From IMG/VR virus record IMGVR_UViG_3300046713_000096, positions 1-64,000 of that record: a DNA stretch of 64,000 bases; one strand, 5' to 3'. The notes under the pieces were generated by a model. The model was not told where the DNA came from and made no database searches. It saw only the letters and a list, made by a program, of their open reading frames with translations. Within the stretch, counting starts at the first letter, position 1, and the number at the start of each line of letters is the position of its first letter. The DNA is from a virus. The translations under genes and the position numbers were made by a program. Below, in pieces: positions 37,039 through 46,578 of the stretch.

Positions 37039-38906
37039 GCTGCCTCGACGCTCTTGCGCCACATCATTTCGGCAGCCTTGTTCAGCGCGAAAAGCTTCTT
37101 CGCCACGTCGATCACGCTGTCCGGATCGTCTTCGTCGAGATCTTCGAGGTCGAGCACGCTTAGATCGAGCTCGTTCTCGTCACTGAGTAGGCCGAGAGCC
37201 TTCAACGTCTTGATCGCGGTCACTTGCTGACCGGGCTCGGTCGGCTCGGCCTGATTCTTGACCGCTTCCGCCATCGTCAGACTGAACGGAATGTCGGCCG
37301 GGAAGCCGCCTGCGAAGTCGGGCAGGTCGATCCCGAGAATGTCTTCGAGCATGTAGCGCGCGATCCGGGGCGTCATGCCGCCCGTTTTCTCGCTGCCACC
37401 GAGGATCTTCACGAGCTGCGTGTTATCGGTCGTGTTGGGCGTGTTGCTCTTGAACTTGTGGAAGATCACCCCCATCTCGGGGAAGATGAAGCGGTTCATG
37501 ATCTCGTCGAACTCGGTTCGCTCGGGGGAAAAGAGTTGCTCGTCGGCCAGCCGGCGCGATGACTCTGCTGTCGAGCGTGAATAGTCGCTCGACTGCCCGA
37601 CGAAGATGGGCGGCAAGCGGAACGAGCGCCGGATCTTGTCGTGGTTCTTCTCGCTGTAGTTTTGAAAGAGCGCATCGGCGTGCTGCTCTTTCGTCAGCGG
37701 CTTGATGTCGATCTTCACTTGGCCGCCGTCTTCGCCCGTGTCTTCGCCCATGGGCTCGGCTTCGACGATCAGAAACTTGCTGTAGTTGTCCGAGCCCTGA
37801 ATCTGCGACTCGACGAAGGACTCGATACGCTCGATCGTGCCCTGCGTCAGCTGACCGTTCGACACCGCGACGACCATTGACGGGATGTTGTTGTTCTTGA
37901 ACGTGATCCAATTGATTTCTTCAGCTGCGCGGTCACCGAAGATCGAAAGCAAGTTCCCGATGAAGCGCGGCATGCCGTACGGACTGCGCGGGCTATACAG
38001 CTTCATGTGGATGATCTCGCTCGCGCGATCGCTCACCTTGAGCTTGTCCTTCAGCTCGCCGTCGCGCTTCGACCAGAAGCGCGGATCGCCGAACTCTTTG
38101 AACCACACGACCTTATGCCCGCTGATCGACGACGTCGTGCGGCCCTGATGGATCGAGCGAGACTGCACGAAGGTCCGGAAGCGACGCATCACTCGCTGCG
38201 TTTTGATCTGCACGCTGCCGTCAGGCTGCAGCTCAGCGATTTTGCGAGGCACCTCGATCGCGTCGTCTTCGACCTTGCCAAGACGCATTTGATAGCTCGG
38301 AATGTGCGTGAACCCCTGAATCTCGTTCGCGCTGTTCCGGATCACTTCGAAATACGCATTGCCGGTCGTCTCAAGATCGCGTCGCAGGCGACGACGAAAC
38401 GAGATGAACGACTCGTCGGTGCAGTACGTGAAGAAGTTCGTCAGCGCGACCTTCTCAGCGTGCGAACGATCGAGCAACTTGCGCTGTTCCGGGGTGAGGT
38501 CCTTCGTGTCTTGCCCCGCGTCGTCTTCGGTGCGCGTGACTTCGTCGAGGCGCAAGCGCGAAACGAAGCGATAGCCGGTCGCCTCGATGTTCGTTTCCAT
38601 GGCTTCGATGCACTGATTCAGCTCGCTCGAATTTTCGGGCAGCATCGCGAGCGTGAGCAGGTCGAACGGCGGCAAGATCACGCGGCCCTTGTGGCCGAGT
38701 GCGCTGAATGGTTCCTCGGGCAGCGCCTCTGTCTGCCCCGGCTTGATGTTGGGATCGTCCGACCGACCGTTCGCGCCCGTGCCCTTGCGAACGTCGATCA
38801 CGAGGGCCCGCACCTTGTTCAGCGCGCGCTTGTTGACCGTGTTCGAGTGAGCTGCAGCGGCGCGTTGACTGTCGATCGAGAGAACGTTTGCGTTTGCTGT
38901 TGACAT
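37035..38906 (-). CDS. portal protein (PBSX-like)
   Basis: DLETTGNAYFEVIRN, EIIH..YSPRSPYGMPR, FRLPPIFVG. Confidence 0.92.
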   Translation of the reverse strand: MSTANANVLSIDSQRAAAAHSNTVNKRALNKVRALVIDVRKGTGANGRSDDPNIKPGQTEALPEEPFSALGHKGRVILPPFDLLTLAMLPENSSELNQCIEAMETNIEATGYRFVSRLRLDEVTRTEDDAGQDTKDLTPEQRKLLDRSHAEKVALTNFFTYCTDESFISFRRRLRRDLETTGNAYFEVIRNSANEIQGFTHIPSYQMRLGKVEDDAIEVPRKIAELQPDGSVQIKTQRVMRRFRTFVQSRSIHQGRTTSSISGHKVVWFKEFGDPRFWSKRDGELKDKLKVSDRASEIIHMKLYSPRSPYGMPRFIGNLLSIFGDRAAEEINWITFKNNNIPSMVVAVSNGQLTQGTIERIESFVESQIQGSDNYSKFLIVEAEPMGEDTGEDGGQVKIDIKPLTKEQHADALFQNYSEKNHDKIRRSFRLPPIFVGQSSDYSRSTAESSRRLADEQLFSPERTEFDEIMNRFIFPEMGVIFHKFKSNTPNTTDNTQLVKILGGSEKTGGMTPRIARYMLEDILGIDLPDFAGGFPADIPFSLTMAEAVKNQAEPTEPGQQVTAIKTLKALGLLSDENELDLSVLDLEDLDEDDPDSVIDVAKKLFALNKAAEMMWRKSVEAA

Positions 38907-38908
38907 GG

Positions 38909-40432
38909 TCAGATGACTCCCGGTTCTTTGCGGTTGCTGCGCCCACGGCGTCGCATCTTGCTCGTCGTAACGGCGAGATCTAGCGCGTCGAAAAGGTCTT
39001 TGTATTTGTGGTTGGGGAAGAGCACTAAGTGCTCGATCAAAAGTGCTTGGGTACCCTTGCGAAAGAACATGCGCTTGTCTTCAAATAGCGCGCTGAGCTT
39101 CCATGCGCGGGTGATCTTGTCCTTATCGGTCTGCTGACGACGAAGCCGAATGTCTTTGTCGACCTCTCGCAGCGTCTGGTATTGCGCCGCTTGATACTGA
39201 TTCGTCTCGATGCCACAGCGGATCGGCTTCCAGCGCTTGTAATATTCGAGAATCTTTTTCGTCTGCGCGCTGAAGCGCAACTGATCCTCGAAGTAGTCGA
39301 GCACGTAGTATGCGCTGCGATCCTTGTTGATCCCGATGACGACGATCGCGAACTTGTCGGCCTTCTCTTCTTCGCTGATCGCGAGGTCGACGCCCATGAA
39401 GATGCGAAGCGACTTCGGGTCGGGCCAATCTTCTTCGACGAGCTGTTGACAGTAGTCGTACTGAAAGATCTCGCCCTTCATCGCCTCCGTGTCGCACTGA
39501 TATTGGGCGTTGAAGATGATCAGGCCGGCGCGTTTCCTGCGCTCTGCGAACCACTTCGCGGGGTACTTCTTCGGCCACGGGCTTCGCCCCTTGCGATCGA
39601 GCGCAGGAATCACTTGATGGTGCTTGCGCAGCTCGCTCTTCAGCAAGTGCCCATACAGATCGTCGTAGTGGTAGCGCGTGCCCAGCATGTGATGCTCGCC
39701 CCGGTGCGGCACATTGACGTCGGGCGGTTCGAGCGTCGGCATGAGCGTATTGTAAAACCACGTCTTCGTCTTCTCGCGCTGCAGCTTCGTCGAGCTGTTG
39801 TCTTCGTCGACCAAGTCGTCGCTGATGATCACGTCGTAGTGCTTCGAAACAACCGTGCCCTCACGCCCGACGCACGTGACAGAAGCTTCTTTCGCGACCA
39901 CGGTGCGCGGCAGCACCTCGATCTCGCGCTCGTCCCATTTGCCGACGCGCTTGCTGTCGTAGTACTGACCGAAGATCTCTTGCAGGCGCGTGTTCGTTTC
40001 GAAGTGCGACTTGATGTTCTTCAAAAAGCCGCACGCGTTCTGCAGCGTCTTCGACGCGATCAGAATCCGTAGATTCGGATTCTTGAGCAGAAGGTGAATG
40101 ACCTTCAGCTCTGTGCACGTCGTCGACTTACCGGCGCCACGAAAGCAGAGCTGCAAGCTTTCCGGGTGCTCGAACTGCCACTGCAGCATGGCAAGGTGAA
40201 AGGGTTCTATCTTGAGCCCGAGCACCTCTGTCGCGAGAATGTCGATGCGATCGTTGTTGAGAACCTGATCGCGAATCCAGTCGTTGCGCAGCTTGTAACT
40301 GTTCTCGTAGTACCCGATCAGCTCTGCACGGTCTGCCCGCCGAAGTTGCTTCGACGTGGGAATGACTAGTGCCAAGTGCGATCGCTTTTTGCTGCGCGCC
40401 CGTTCCTTGTCTTTGGTTGCAAGCGCTGTCAC
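38909..40432 (-). CDS. terL: terminase large subunit
   Basis: RGAGKST Walker A, IISDD Walker B, GTRYHYDD, GVDLA and DLFDAL nuclease motifs; probable GTG start at 40432. Confidence 0.93.
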   Translation of the reverse strand: MTALATKDKERARSKKRSHLALVIPTSKQLRRADRAELIGYYENSYKLRNDWIRDQVLNNDRIDILATEVLGLKIEPFHLAMLQWQFEHPESLQLCFRGAGKSTTCTELKVIHLLLKNPNLRILIASKTLQNACGFLKNIKSHFETNTRLQEIFGQYYDSKRVGKWDEREIEVLPRTVVAKEASVTCVGREGTVVSKHYDVIISDDLVDEDNSSTKLQREKTKTWFYNTLMPTLEPPDVNVPHRGEHHMLGTRYHYDDLYGHLLKSELRKHHQVIPALDRKGRSPWPKKYPAKWFAERRKRAGLIIFNAQYQCDTEAMKGEIFQYDYCQQLVEEDWPDPKSLRIFMGVDLAISEEEKADKFAIVVIGINKDRSAYYVLDYFEDQLRFSAQTKKILEYYKRWKPIRCGIETNQYQAAQYQTLREVDKDIRLRRQQTDKDKITRAWKLSALFEDKRMFFRKGTQALLIEHLVLFPNHKYKDLFDALDLAVTTSKMRRRGRSNRKEPGVI

Positions 40433-40496
40433 GCAAACCTTCTTTCGCGCAGCAACCCGGGCCCTGCGTGGCCACAAGACCCGGGCCAGCTAGCGC

Positions 40497-40955
40497 TTAC
40501 AGTGCTTCGGCGTTGTATCCCTGTGCCGAAATGGCGACCACGCCAGCGGGTGTGCTCGTCACGAAGCAAGCGACGATCGATCCGTTCGCGTTCGGCACGT
40601 CGATCACGTGCGGCACGCCAACGCCTGCAGCTGTATGCGTGATCGGCGTCGACATCGGCACGAACGTGCGCGACTCGTCTGACCACACACGGATCTCGGT
40701 CGCAGGATTTGCGAGGCCTCCCACGACTGCAGCGGGGCTCGTTCTCGGGTCGGCCGTCATCGGCACCACCGAGAAGCGCACCCCTGTGAAGCCGCCCGCG
40801 TTGACGCCTTCAGTGCGCTTCGTGTAGGCGGCATCGGCTGCGGACACCACGCGCGAGAGCTGCCAATCTGGCGCCTTCGCGGGTGACACATCCAACGTCG
40901 TCCGCGGGTCGGACCTTCGCCGCCCGTCTAGATTCGAAAAAAAGGGCTCGGTCAT
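40497..40955 (-). CDS. hypothetical beta-rich protein, possibly virion-associated
   Basis: 152 aa with RBS AAAGGA. Confidence 0.5.
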   Translation of the reverse strand: MTEPFFSNLDGRRRSDPRTTLDVSPAKAPDWQLSRVVSAADAAYTKRTEGVNAGGFTGVRFSVVPMTADPRTSPAAVVGGLANPATEIRVWSDESRTFVPMSTPITHTAAGVGVPHVIDVPNANGSIVACFVTSTPAGVVAISAQGYNAEAL

Positions 40956-41050
40956 GTTCGTTCGATCCTTTCCCGGTTGTTAGATGCGACAAGGGCGAGC
41001 CCGCTTCTTGTTGACAGCAGTGCTCGCCCTTGCCACGCGTGTTGTCCGAC

Positions 41051-41353
41051 CTACTCGTGCGCGACCCAATGCACCTTTTCGCCGTCGACGTTCACATCGG
41101 TGTCGGCACCGATGCGAAACCCGTTCGACAACGGGGTGACCCCGAGGCCCGCTGCGATCTGTGTCATGTCGCCAGCTGTCACGCGCTTGAAGCCGCGCCC
41201 CTCGGTCATGCTGTCGGTCCAGATGGCAGTAACGAGCCCGCCTTCGTTCACGAGCTCGACGCGACGGGGGCGATAGCCGACCGTGCGCACGTCGAGATTG
41301 GCGCCCGTGCCGATGACGGCGCCATTCTTAGATAGCTGTGTTCCGGATGACAT
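41051..41353 (-). CDS. putative head decoration/cement-like protein
   Basis: 100 aa; VGYRPRRVELVN...W...M pattern; RBS GGGAG. Confidence 0.4.
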   Translation of the reverse strand: MSSGTQLSKNGAVIGTGANLDVRTVGYRPRRVELVNEGGLVTAIWTDSMTEGRGFKRVTAGDMTQIAAGLGVTPLSNGFRIGADTDVNVDGEKVHWVAHE

Positions 41354-41454
41354 GTGCGTTTTCTCCCTGACCCTTGACAGATCGCGGCATTGCTCGCGGC
41401 CCTGCTTTCGCTCGGGTCAAAATTACGTAACGCACGAAGAGTAGCCGGGCGCGT

Positions 41455-41959
41455 TCAGGGCTTGCTATTTCCAGCCGCGAGCGCGTAGGCCGCTTCTTCA
41501 TTCGCCGATCCGCTGTACGCGTCGTCACCGCGCAGCCACGCGACGACGTTGCCACCGAGCATGTACAGCCACGGGGTGACGATCCAAGTCGCAAGACTCA
41601 CGTGCAGCGGCGCGCCGAACGCGAGGCCGCACAGCGCGAGCACGAAGCCCGTCAGGCTTGCGCCTTCGTATTGCTTGCAGTGCACGTGTTCGTGCTCTTG
41701 CAGCATCGACCACCCTTGCGGGAAGTGGCACCCCCTTCTTGTAGACGATGACGTGCGGCGCAATCGTGATCGCGACGAACGACCCGAAGAGCTTGTCGAC
41801 GTCGACGGTCAGCGACCATGGCCCGGTCGCGTTGGGCTTGTGCTCGAATCGCAACCCGAGGCCCGACTGAAACGGGGCGAGCAAAATTGCGACAACTGTG
41901 GCGAGCACGTCTGCCGGTAGCCCGAACAGATACAGTAGCCAGCTGCGCGCCTTGATCAT
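41455..41959 (-). pseudogene. frameshifted membrane HExxH zinc-peptidase-like gene
   Basis: N-half (MIKARSWLL...AITIAPHVIVYKKG) and C-half (CHFPQGWSMLQEHEHVHCKQYE...NEEAAY) lie in different frames, joined at a G5 run (41731-41735). Confidence 0.65.
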
Positions 41960-42080
41960 ATTTCCCCCGATCTCTGTTCGCGTGAAGCGACTTTTGCCGG
42001 TTCGTGAACCCTGCAAGCAAGAAGCCCCGGCCCGCGTGGAAGCGCGAACCGGGGCCCTTGGGTGGTCAGCCGATGAAGCT

Positions 42081-42893
42081 CTAAACGAGGCCGTCAGGTG
42101 CGAGCACGCCATGCAACTCGGCTATCGTCATGAACGGGGCTGCAAATCGCAAGTGTTTGCGTTCCATGGGGCCTGGCACGCCTCGCTTGCCCGCGAACCA
42201 TGCGGCCGGCTGCAGCATCGTGCCCCTGTCGAAGGGCGCCTTTCCGGCACAGCCAGCGACCCACAATGACCAAAGCGGGTTCTTCGGTGGCGGCTGGCGC
42301 ACAAGCACTTCGCCGCCCATCCCGCCGACCGTCGAGCCCTTGCCCTCGAACACCCTGACCTGTGGATTCATCGTCGTATGGCCCGCCGTGGTGTGCGCGT
42401 AGACACGCACCCATGGCGTGCCTTGCTGACAGAACGCGTCGCGCATTGTGTCGGCGAAGCCGCCGTCGCCGCCCGTCTCTGAAGCGGCTTCGGGCACGCT
42501 GCCCTTGGCTGCAGTCGAGCAGCAATACAGCGGCACGTGCAACACGCTGCGCGCGTCAGTGCCGATCTTTGTCGCGGCGTTCACGAGGTTGACGAAATCG
42601 GGGATCTGCGCGTTCCCGATCCCTGCTTGAATGCCGTTGTGCCAACCATGGCAGAAGAATGCGACGCCGCCATAGTCGAGGCCCTTCAGCTTGCCGAGCT
42701 CGTCGAACACATAGGCCCGACGCGCAAGCGGGCCCTTCGACGCGTCGAACTTGATCAGCGTGTGCTTGCCGGGCACGAGCGACATGAAGGTCAGCGACTC
42801 GGGCTCGAACGCGCCCTTGAAGTCGGTCGAATGGATGTTTCGGTCGGGTGTGATCACGATCATGTTTGGCATTGGGTGTCGATCCTTTTTCAA
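42081..42893 (-). CDS. putative His-Cys (caspase-like fold/DUF4347-like) protein
   Basis: VAFFCHG and VPLYCCST motifs about 40 aa apart. Confidence 0.45.
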   Translation of the reverse strand: MKKDRHPMPNMIVITPDRNIHSTDFKGAFEPESLTFMSLVPGKHTLIKFDASKGPLARRAYVFDELGKLKGLDYGGVAFFCHGWHNGIQAGIGNAQIPDFVNLVNAATKIGTDARSVLHVPLYCCSTAAKGSVPEAASETGGDGGFADTMRDAFCQQGTPWVRVYAHTTAGHTTMNPQVRVFEGKGSTVGGMGGEVLVRQPPPKNPLWSLWVAGCAGKAPFDRGTMLQPAAWFAGKRGVPGPMERKHLRFAAPFMTIAELHGVLAPDGLV

Positions 42894-43579
42894 TCGCGCA
42901 CGCGCCGTCTGCCCGCGGCGCGCTTACCCGACTTCGCCCGGTTCTTCTTGTCGCTCGAAGCCTTCGTCATTGAAGGCTCACCGAGCGACGGGGCAGTCGC
43001 TACTTCGCCGATACCTTCGCCGTGATGAAGCGGGCCGGGCGACAGCTGGCGCACGTTCGCGCCCGTGCCGTACCGTTCGATCATCTGGCTAAGTCCGCCG
43101 ATCGCGGCCAGAACACCCTTACGCAAGTCGGTTTCGCTCATCTCGGTGATCGAGATACCGCCTAAGAGCAGGCGCCGCTCAGGCTCTTTCGCGATTACCC
43201 CGAGCGTTTGACCTGTCTTGATGACCGCGTCAGCGATTTCTGTGCGAATGCGAATCGCGCCGACCACGGCGCTGTATTGTTTCTTGTGGTCGAGGTTCGC
43301 GACGAGGTCGTTCAGATCGGCGATGTTCCGTTCCTGATCGATCAGATACCGGGCGAAGCGTTGTTCGGGCGTGAGCTCGCGCTCTTCGTTGCCCTTCGAC
43401 GTGAGCAAAAACTTCTTGGCGATCTGGTAGTGCTGCGCCGTGAGCCCGAGATCGTCGATGATCTCTTCTTCGGTGCTGCCGTCGACAAGCTGTTGATAGA
43501 TCGTGGTCGCGAGCTCGATCTTCTGCTTGCGCGTCAGAGGCAGATCATCGTCGCGATCGCGTGTCTTCTTTTTCTTCAC
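42890..43579 (-). CDS. putative terminase small subunit
   Basis: N-terminal HTH-like (EEEIIDDLGLTAQHY), helical core, basic tail; upstream of terL. Confidence 0.5.
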   Translation of the reverse strand: MKKKKTRDRDDDLPLTRKQKIELATTIYQQLVDGSTEEEIIDDLGLTAQHYQIAKKFLLTSKGNEERELTPEQRFARYLIDQERNIADLNDLVANLDHKKQYSAVVGAIRIRTEIADAVIKTGQTLGVIAKEPERRLLLGGISITEMSETDLRKGVLAAIGGLSQMIERYGTGANVRQLSPGPLHHGEGIGEVATAPSLGEPSMTKASSDKKNRAKSGKRAAGRRRVRD

Positions 43580-43865
43580 GTGCAATCCCCAATCGAGCAC
43601 ACACTTCGCGTGCGGCTTCAGGTTCGAGCGCCTTCAAGATCGCGTCGCGCAAGTCGGGCCGGCACCGTGCATAGAACGCGATCGACCCGAGACAGTTCTC
43701 GCGCGCTTCTTCGATGGTGTTGCCGCTCTGCACGAACCACTTGAACACGAGGTCGCCCATTTCCGCGTCACCGTCGACGATGTGGATCAGCTTCACGTTC
43801 AGCTTGAGCTCGTCGGTTGACTCGACCCCGACGATCACAGACGCGTGCGGGCGGGGCGGCTTCAT
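43545..43865 (-). CDS. hypothetical protein with HicB-like GxTxEEA motif
   Basis: QSGNTIEEARENC; ATG 43865 after GGGAG. Confidence 0.35.
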   Translation of the reverse strand: MKPPRPHASVIVGVESTDELKLNVKLIHIVDGDAEMGDLVFKWFVQSGNTIEEARENCLGSIAFYARCRPDLRDAILKALEPEAAREVCARLGIAREEKEDTRSRR

Positions 43866-43986
43866 CGTCGATGCTCCCATGTGATTTGCGTTCGCCATAG
43901 GCGCAGCACGCGCGTGCGCGAGTGCGATTGATACGAGAAGGCTGGCCTGACGAATGCCCCGAGCTGCGAAATGCAGATCGTGATCG

Positions 43987-44259
43987 TCATTCGTCCGACC
44001 TCGCATATGGCCGATAGAACATTCGAAAGAGCATCGCGGTTTCCGCGAACCACGTGAACGCCCCGTGCGCCGAATGAAACAGGGGCGTGTAGATCTGCGA
44101 GCCGTCCGCGCACGTCACGCGCGTGCGCCACATGCCGCCACGATCCGGGAAGGTGTGCGAGGTGATGCCGGCTGGATCGGTGAACACCGCACACCACCTT
44201 TCTTTGTCTTCGTCGCTGATCTGCGTGATGAACCGGGCGCGGTCGTCTTGATCAAGCAT
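43987..44259 (-). CDS. hypothetical protein
   Basis: 90 aa with RBS AAGGAGG. Confidence 0.55.
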   Translation of the reverse strand: MLDQDDRARFITQISDEDKERWCAVFTDPAGITSHTFPDRGGMWRTRVTCADGSQIYTPLFHSAHGAFTWFAETAMLFRMFYRPYARSDE

Positions 44260-44794
44260 CGCCGTCGACCTCCTTGCGGATCCATTCTGGCACGTTCTTC
44301 TTCGCGCCCCGAATCAGATCCTCGACCTCGTCGTCGGTGAGTTCCATGCGCAGCTGCGCCGCCTTCAACGTGCCGCGCACCATGTGCCCGTGCAGTCGCA
44401 AGCCCAAGACGGCCCGCCCTTGTTCGATGGCACGACGCACGGTCGATTCGGACACGCCGAGCTTCAGCGCGATGCGCCGGTTCGAAAGTCGCTTTCGAAC
44501 CTTCACGAGCGCGATCGCCTGACACTTCGCGAGGGGCAGCGCGCGCGTCGAGCTGTAGTCGCGCGTCCCGATCAGGCGACCCCGGGGCTTGACCGTCTTC
44601 CACGTGGCGCCCGTGGCGATCTTGTAAATCGTCATGTAGCCGACGCGATATTCTTTCGCGATCGGCTTCAAGGGTTCTTTCTTGACGATGCGCTTCTTGA
44701 TCGAACGCACATCGTCGCGGGACAGCTTAGGCTCGCCTACTGGCACGCCCCTATGTATCGCGTCAGCGGGCCCGCCGCTGAAGTTTTCGGTCAA
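44252..44794 (-). CDS. multi-HTH DNA-binding protein (possible late regulator)
   Basis: IAKEYRVGYMTIYKIATGATWK and SNRRIALKLGVSESTVRR. Confidence 0.7.
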   Translation of the reverse strand: MTENFSGGPADAIHRGVPVGEPKLSRDDVRSIKKRIVKKEPLKPIAKEYRVGYMTIYKIATGATWKTVKPRGRLIGTRDYSSTRALPLAKCQAIALVKVRKRLSNRRIALKLGVSESTVRRAIEQGRAVLGLRLHGHMVRGTLKAAQLRMELTDDEVEDLIRGAKKNVPEWIRKEVDGDA

Positions 44795-44818
44795 ACAGTT
44801 TCCCGAGAAAGCTAGCGC

Positions 44819-45118
44819 TTAGTGGGCAGGTTCGAGCGATGACGCGATGTTATCGTAACCGTTCGCACGCATGCGCATGTCGGCTGCGAGCTCTCGCAGC
44901 TCTCGCGCAAACGCCTTTCGCAAGCTGTCATCGCTCGGCAGCAACGCCGACAAGTCGGGAATGTCTTGACGATTGGCGATGTACCCGAGCAACTTGATAA
45001 CGTCCAGGCGCGTAGCGGCCACGAGCTGCGCCTTCAACAACTCGCCCTGCGTAGCCATCATGGCCCGCTTGACCTCGATCAGGTCGGCTCGTAACTGCTC
45101 GTCGCCTTCGTTGCTCAT
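44819..45118 (-). CDS. hypothetical helical protein
   Basis: 99-aa ORF within the operon. Confidence 0.5.
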   Translation of the reverse strand: MSNEGDEQLRADLIEVKRAMMATQGELLKAQLVAATRLDVIKLLGYIANRQDIPDLSALLPSDDSLRKAFARELRELAADMRMRANGYDNIASSLEPAH

Positions 45119-45125
45119 GCTGTAA

Positions 45126-45524
45126 TTACCGCTTTCGGGCCGGCTTCGATGAATCTTCTTTCGGCAACGTGTCTTCGAAGTGCAAGTGTTGCTCGCCGTC
45201 GATCACGTAGTCGCCGCCACCGAGCCGGCCCAATCGAACGAGGTAGCGCACGAGCACATTGTCGCCGTCGGTCAGCTGATTGTGAAGCCAGCCAATGCAC
45301 GGCCTCTCGCGACCGACTGGCGACTCGTGACAGGCCATGATGTGCAGCGCGTCAATGTCGAGATTCGCCTCGCCGACTCGCGCGATCGTGTTCGTGAGTC
45401 GACGATGCGCAGCGCGGTCATAGCCGAGCGGGATCTTCGTTGGATCGGCGCCGACCTTCCACGGGCATTTGCGACACTGGCGTCGGCGCGTGCGTGACGG
45501 CGGCTCTTTGTCGTCGTCGGTCAC
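45126..45524 (-). CDS. DUF6283-like Cys/His protein
   Basis: CRKCPWK, MACHES, CIGWL. Confidence 0.6.
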   Translation of the reverse strand: MTDDDKEPPSRTRRRQCRKCPWKVGADPTKIPLGYDRAAHRRLTNTIARVGEANLDIDALHIMACHESPVGRERPCIGWLHNQLTDGDNVLVRYLVRLGRLGGGDYVIDGEQHLHFEDTLPKEDSSKPARKR

Positions 45525-45526
45525 GT

Positions 45527-46180
45527 TCAGGCCTTCGGGATGTTCGTCAGGTCGCGCTTCAAGTTGTCGATGAAGATGCGCATCAGCTCGATCGTGTTGT
45601 CGAGCGTGTCGCCCACGAGCTCGGCTTGCATCCGAACGATCAGGCCGGCGACTGCGAGCGCTGTCACTCGTCGCTGACTGTTCCGCTCCATGATCGACAT
45701 AACAGCTCGCACCGCTTCGACGACGGTCAGCGGATTGTAAGCGACTGCTTTGATCCCGTGCTTCTTGAAGCTGTCACCGAGTGCCGGCTCGTGGGGCGTG
45801 CCGCCCTCGCTCACGAGCTCGGCTTCGTAGATGCCGGCGAACTCTCGAAGCGCGAACGTCAGCGCGGTCAGCACGTTGACCTTCGACGTCGTCTTGTTGT
45901 TGAAGACACCGTGCGCCTGCACGTCGATGCACTGCTCACTCGTCGGTCGGATCTCGACGATGAAGATCGTCGACTCGCCACGCAGGTCAGAGATCGCCTT
46001 GCTCAGCTTGTCGATCGGCATCGTCTTCAGTCGATCGATGAACTCGCCGTCGCTCTTCGCTTCGTCGTCCATGGCTTTCCTTTTCGCGCGCACGCGTTCG
46101 AGCGCACGCGTCACATCGGCGACCGTGAAGCCCCCGTTTCGGATCGCATGTGCGCCCTTGATGAAGTCGTCGGTCGTCAT
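45527..46180 (-). CDS. hypothetical protein
   Basis: ATG 46180 (MTTDDFIKG) overlaps the upstream stop. Confidence 0.55.
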   Translation of the reverse strand: MTTDDFIKGAHAIRNGGFTVADVTRALERVRAKRKAMDDEAKSDGEFIDRLKTMPIDKLSKAISDLRGESTIFIVEIRPTSEQCIDVQAHGVFNNKTTSKVNVLTALTFALREFAGIYEAELVSEGGTPHEPALGDSFKKHGIKAVAYNPLTVVEAVRAVMSIMERNSQRRVTALAVAGLIVRMQAELVGDTLDNTIELMRIFIDNLKRDLTNIPKA

Positions 46181-46503
46181 CGCTTCACGTCCAGGTAGGC
46201 GCGCTTGAGCCGAGCGCGTGTGAGCTCGTCGAGCGACCCGACGGCCTTCAGCAGCGCGACGAACGACTCGCACCACAGGCAGCCACTCAAGGTGTCGTCG
46301 GTCGGCTTCGTGACGGCCCTCACGCCCCGGGCACGCAAGAGAGGGCCTTCGGGGTCGAGCTTGAACCCGGCGAGTGCAGGGCACGCGCAGCGGTCGTGCA
46401 CGAGGCACCCCGCGGTCAGGATGAAGTCGAGCCCGAGGGGCTTCGACTCGCACGTGCACAGCATCTCGATCAGGGTCGTCGCGGTCGTCGCATCGTCGGC
46501 CAT
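46177..46503 (-). CDS. Cys-rich hypothetical protein
   Basis: 108 aa; CTC, CLVHDRCAC, CLWC. Confidence 0.5.
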   Translation of the reverse strand: MADDATTATTLIEMLCTCESKPLGLDFILTAGCLVHDRCACPALAGFKLDPEGPLLRARGVRAVTKPTDDTLSGCLWCESFVALLKAVGSLDELTRARLKRAYLDVKR

Positions 46504-46578
46504 CCCGTCACCTGCCTTCCGCGCGGAAAGCTACCGTGCCCTGCTCGCCGTCGCGCGCCCCAAAGCACTGAACATCGC

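Noticed and set aside
4203-40827. Long plus-strand and alternative-frame ORFs over the structural operon (e.g. 11212-12147, 21408-22496, 35321-36505)
   Set aside because: Shadow ORFs expected in high-GC DNA; Arg/Ala-rich, without motifs, and overlapping well-supported minus-strand genes.
43545-43865. HicAB toxin-antitoxin module
   Set aside because: Only a short HicB-like motif; no HicA-like partner is recognisable nearby.
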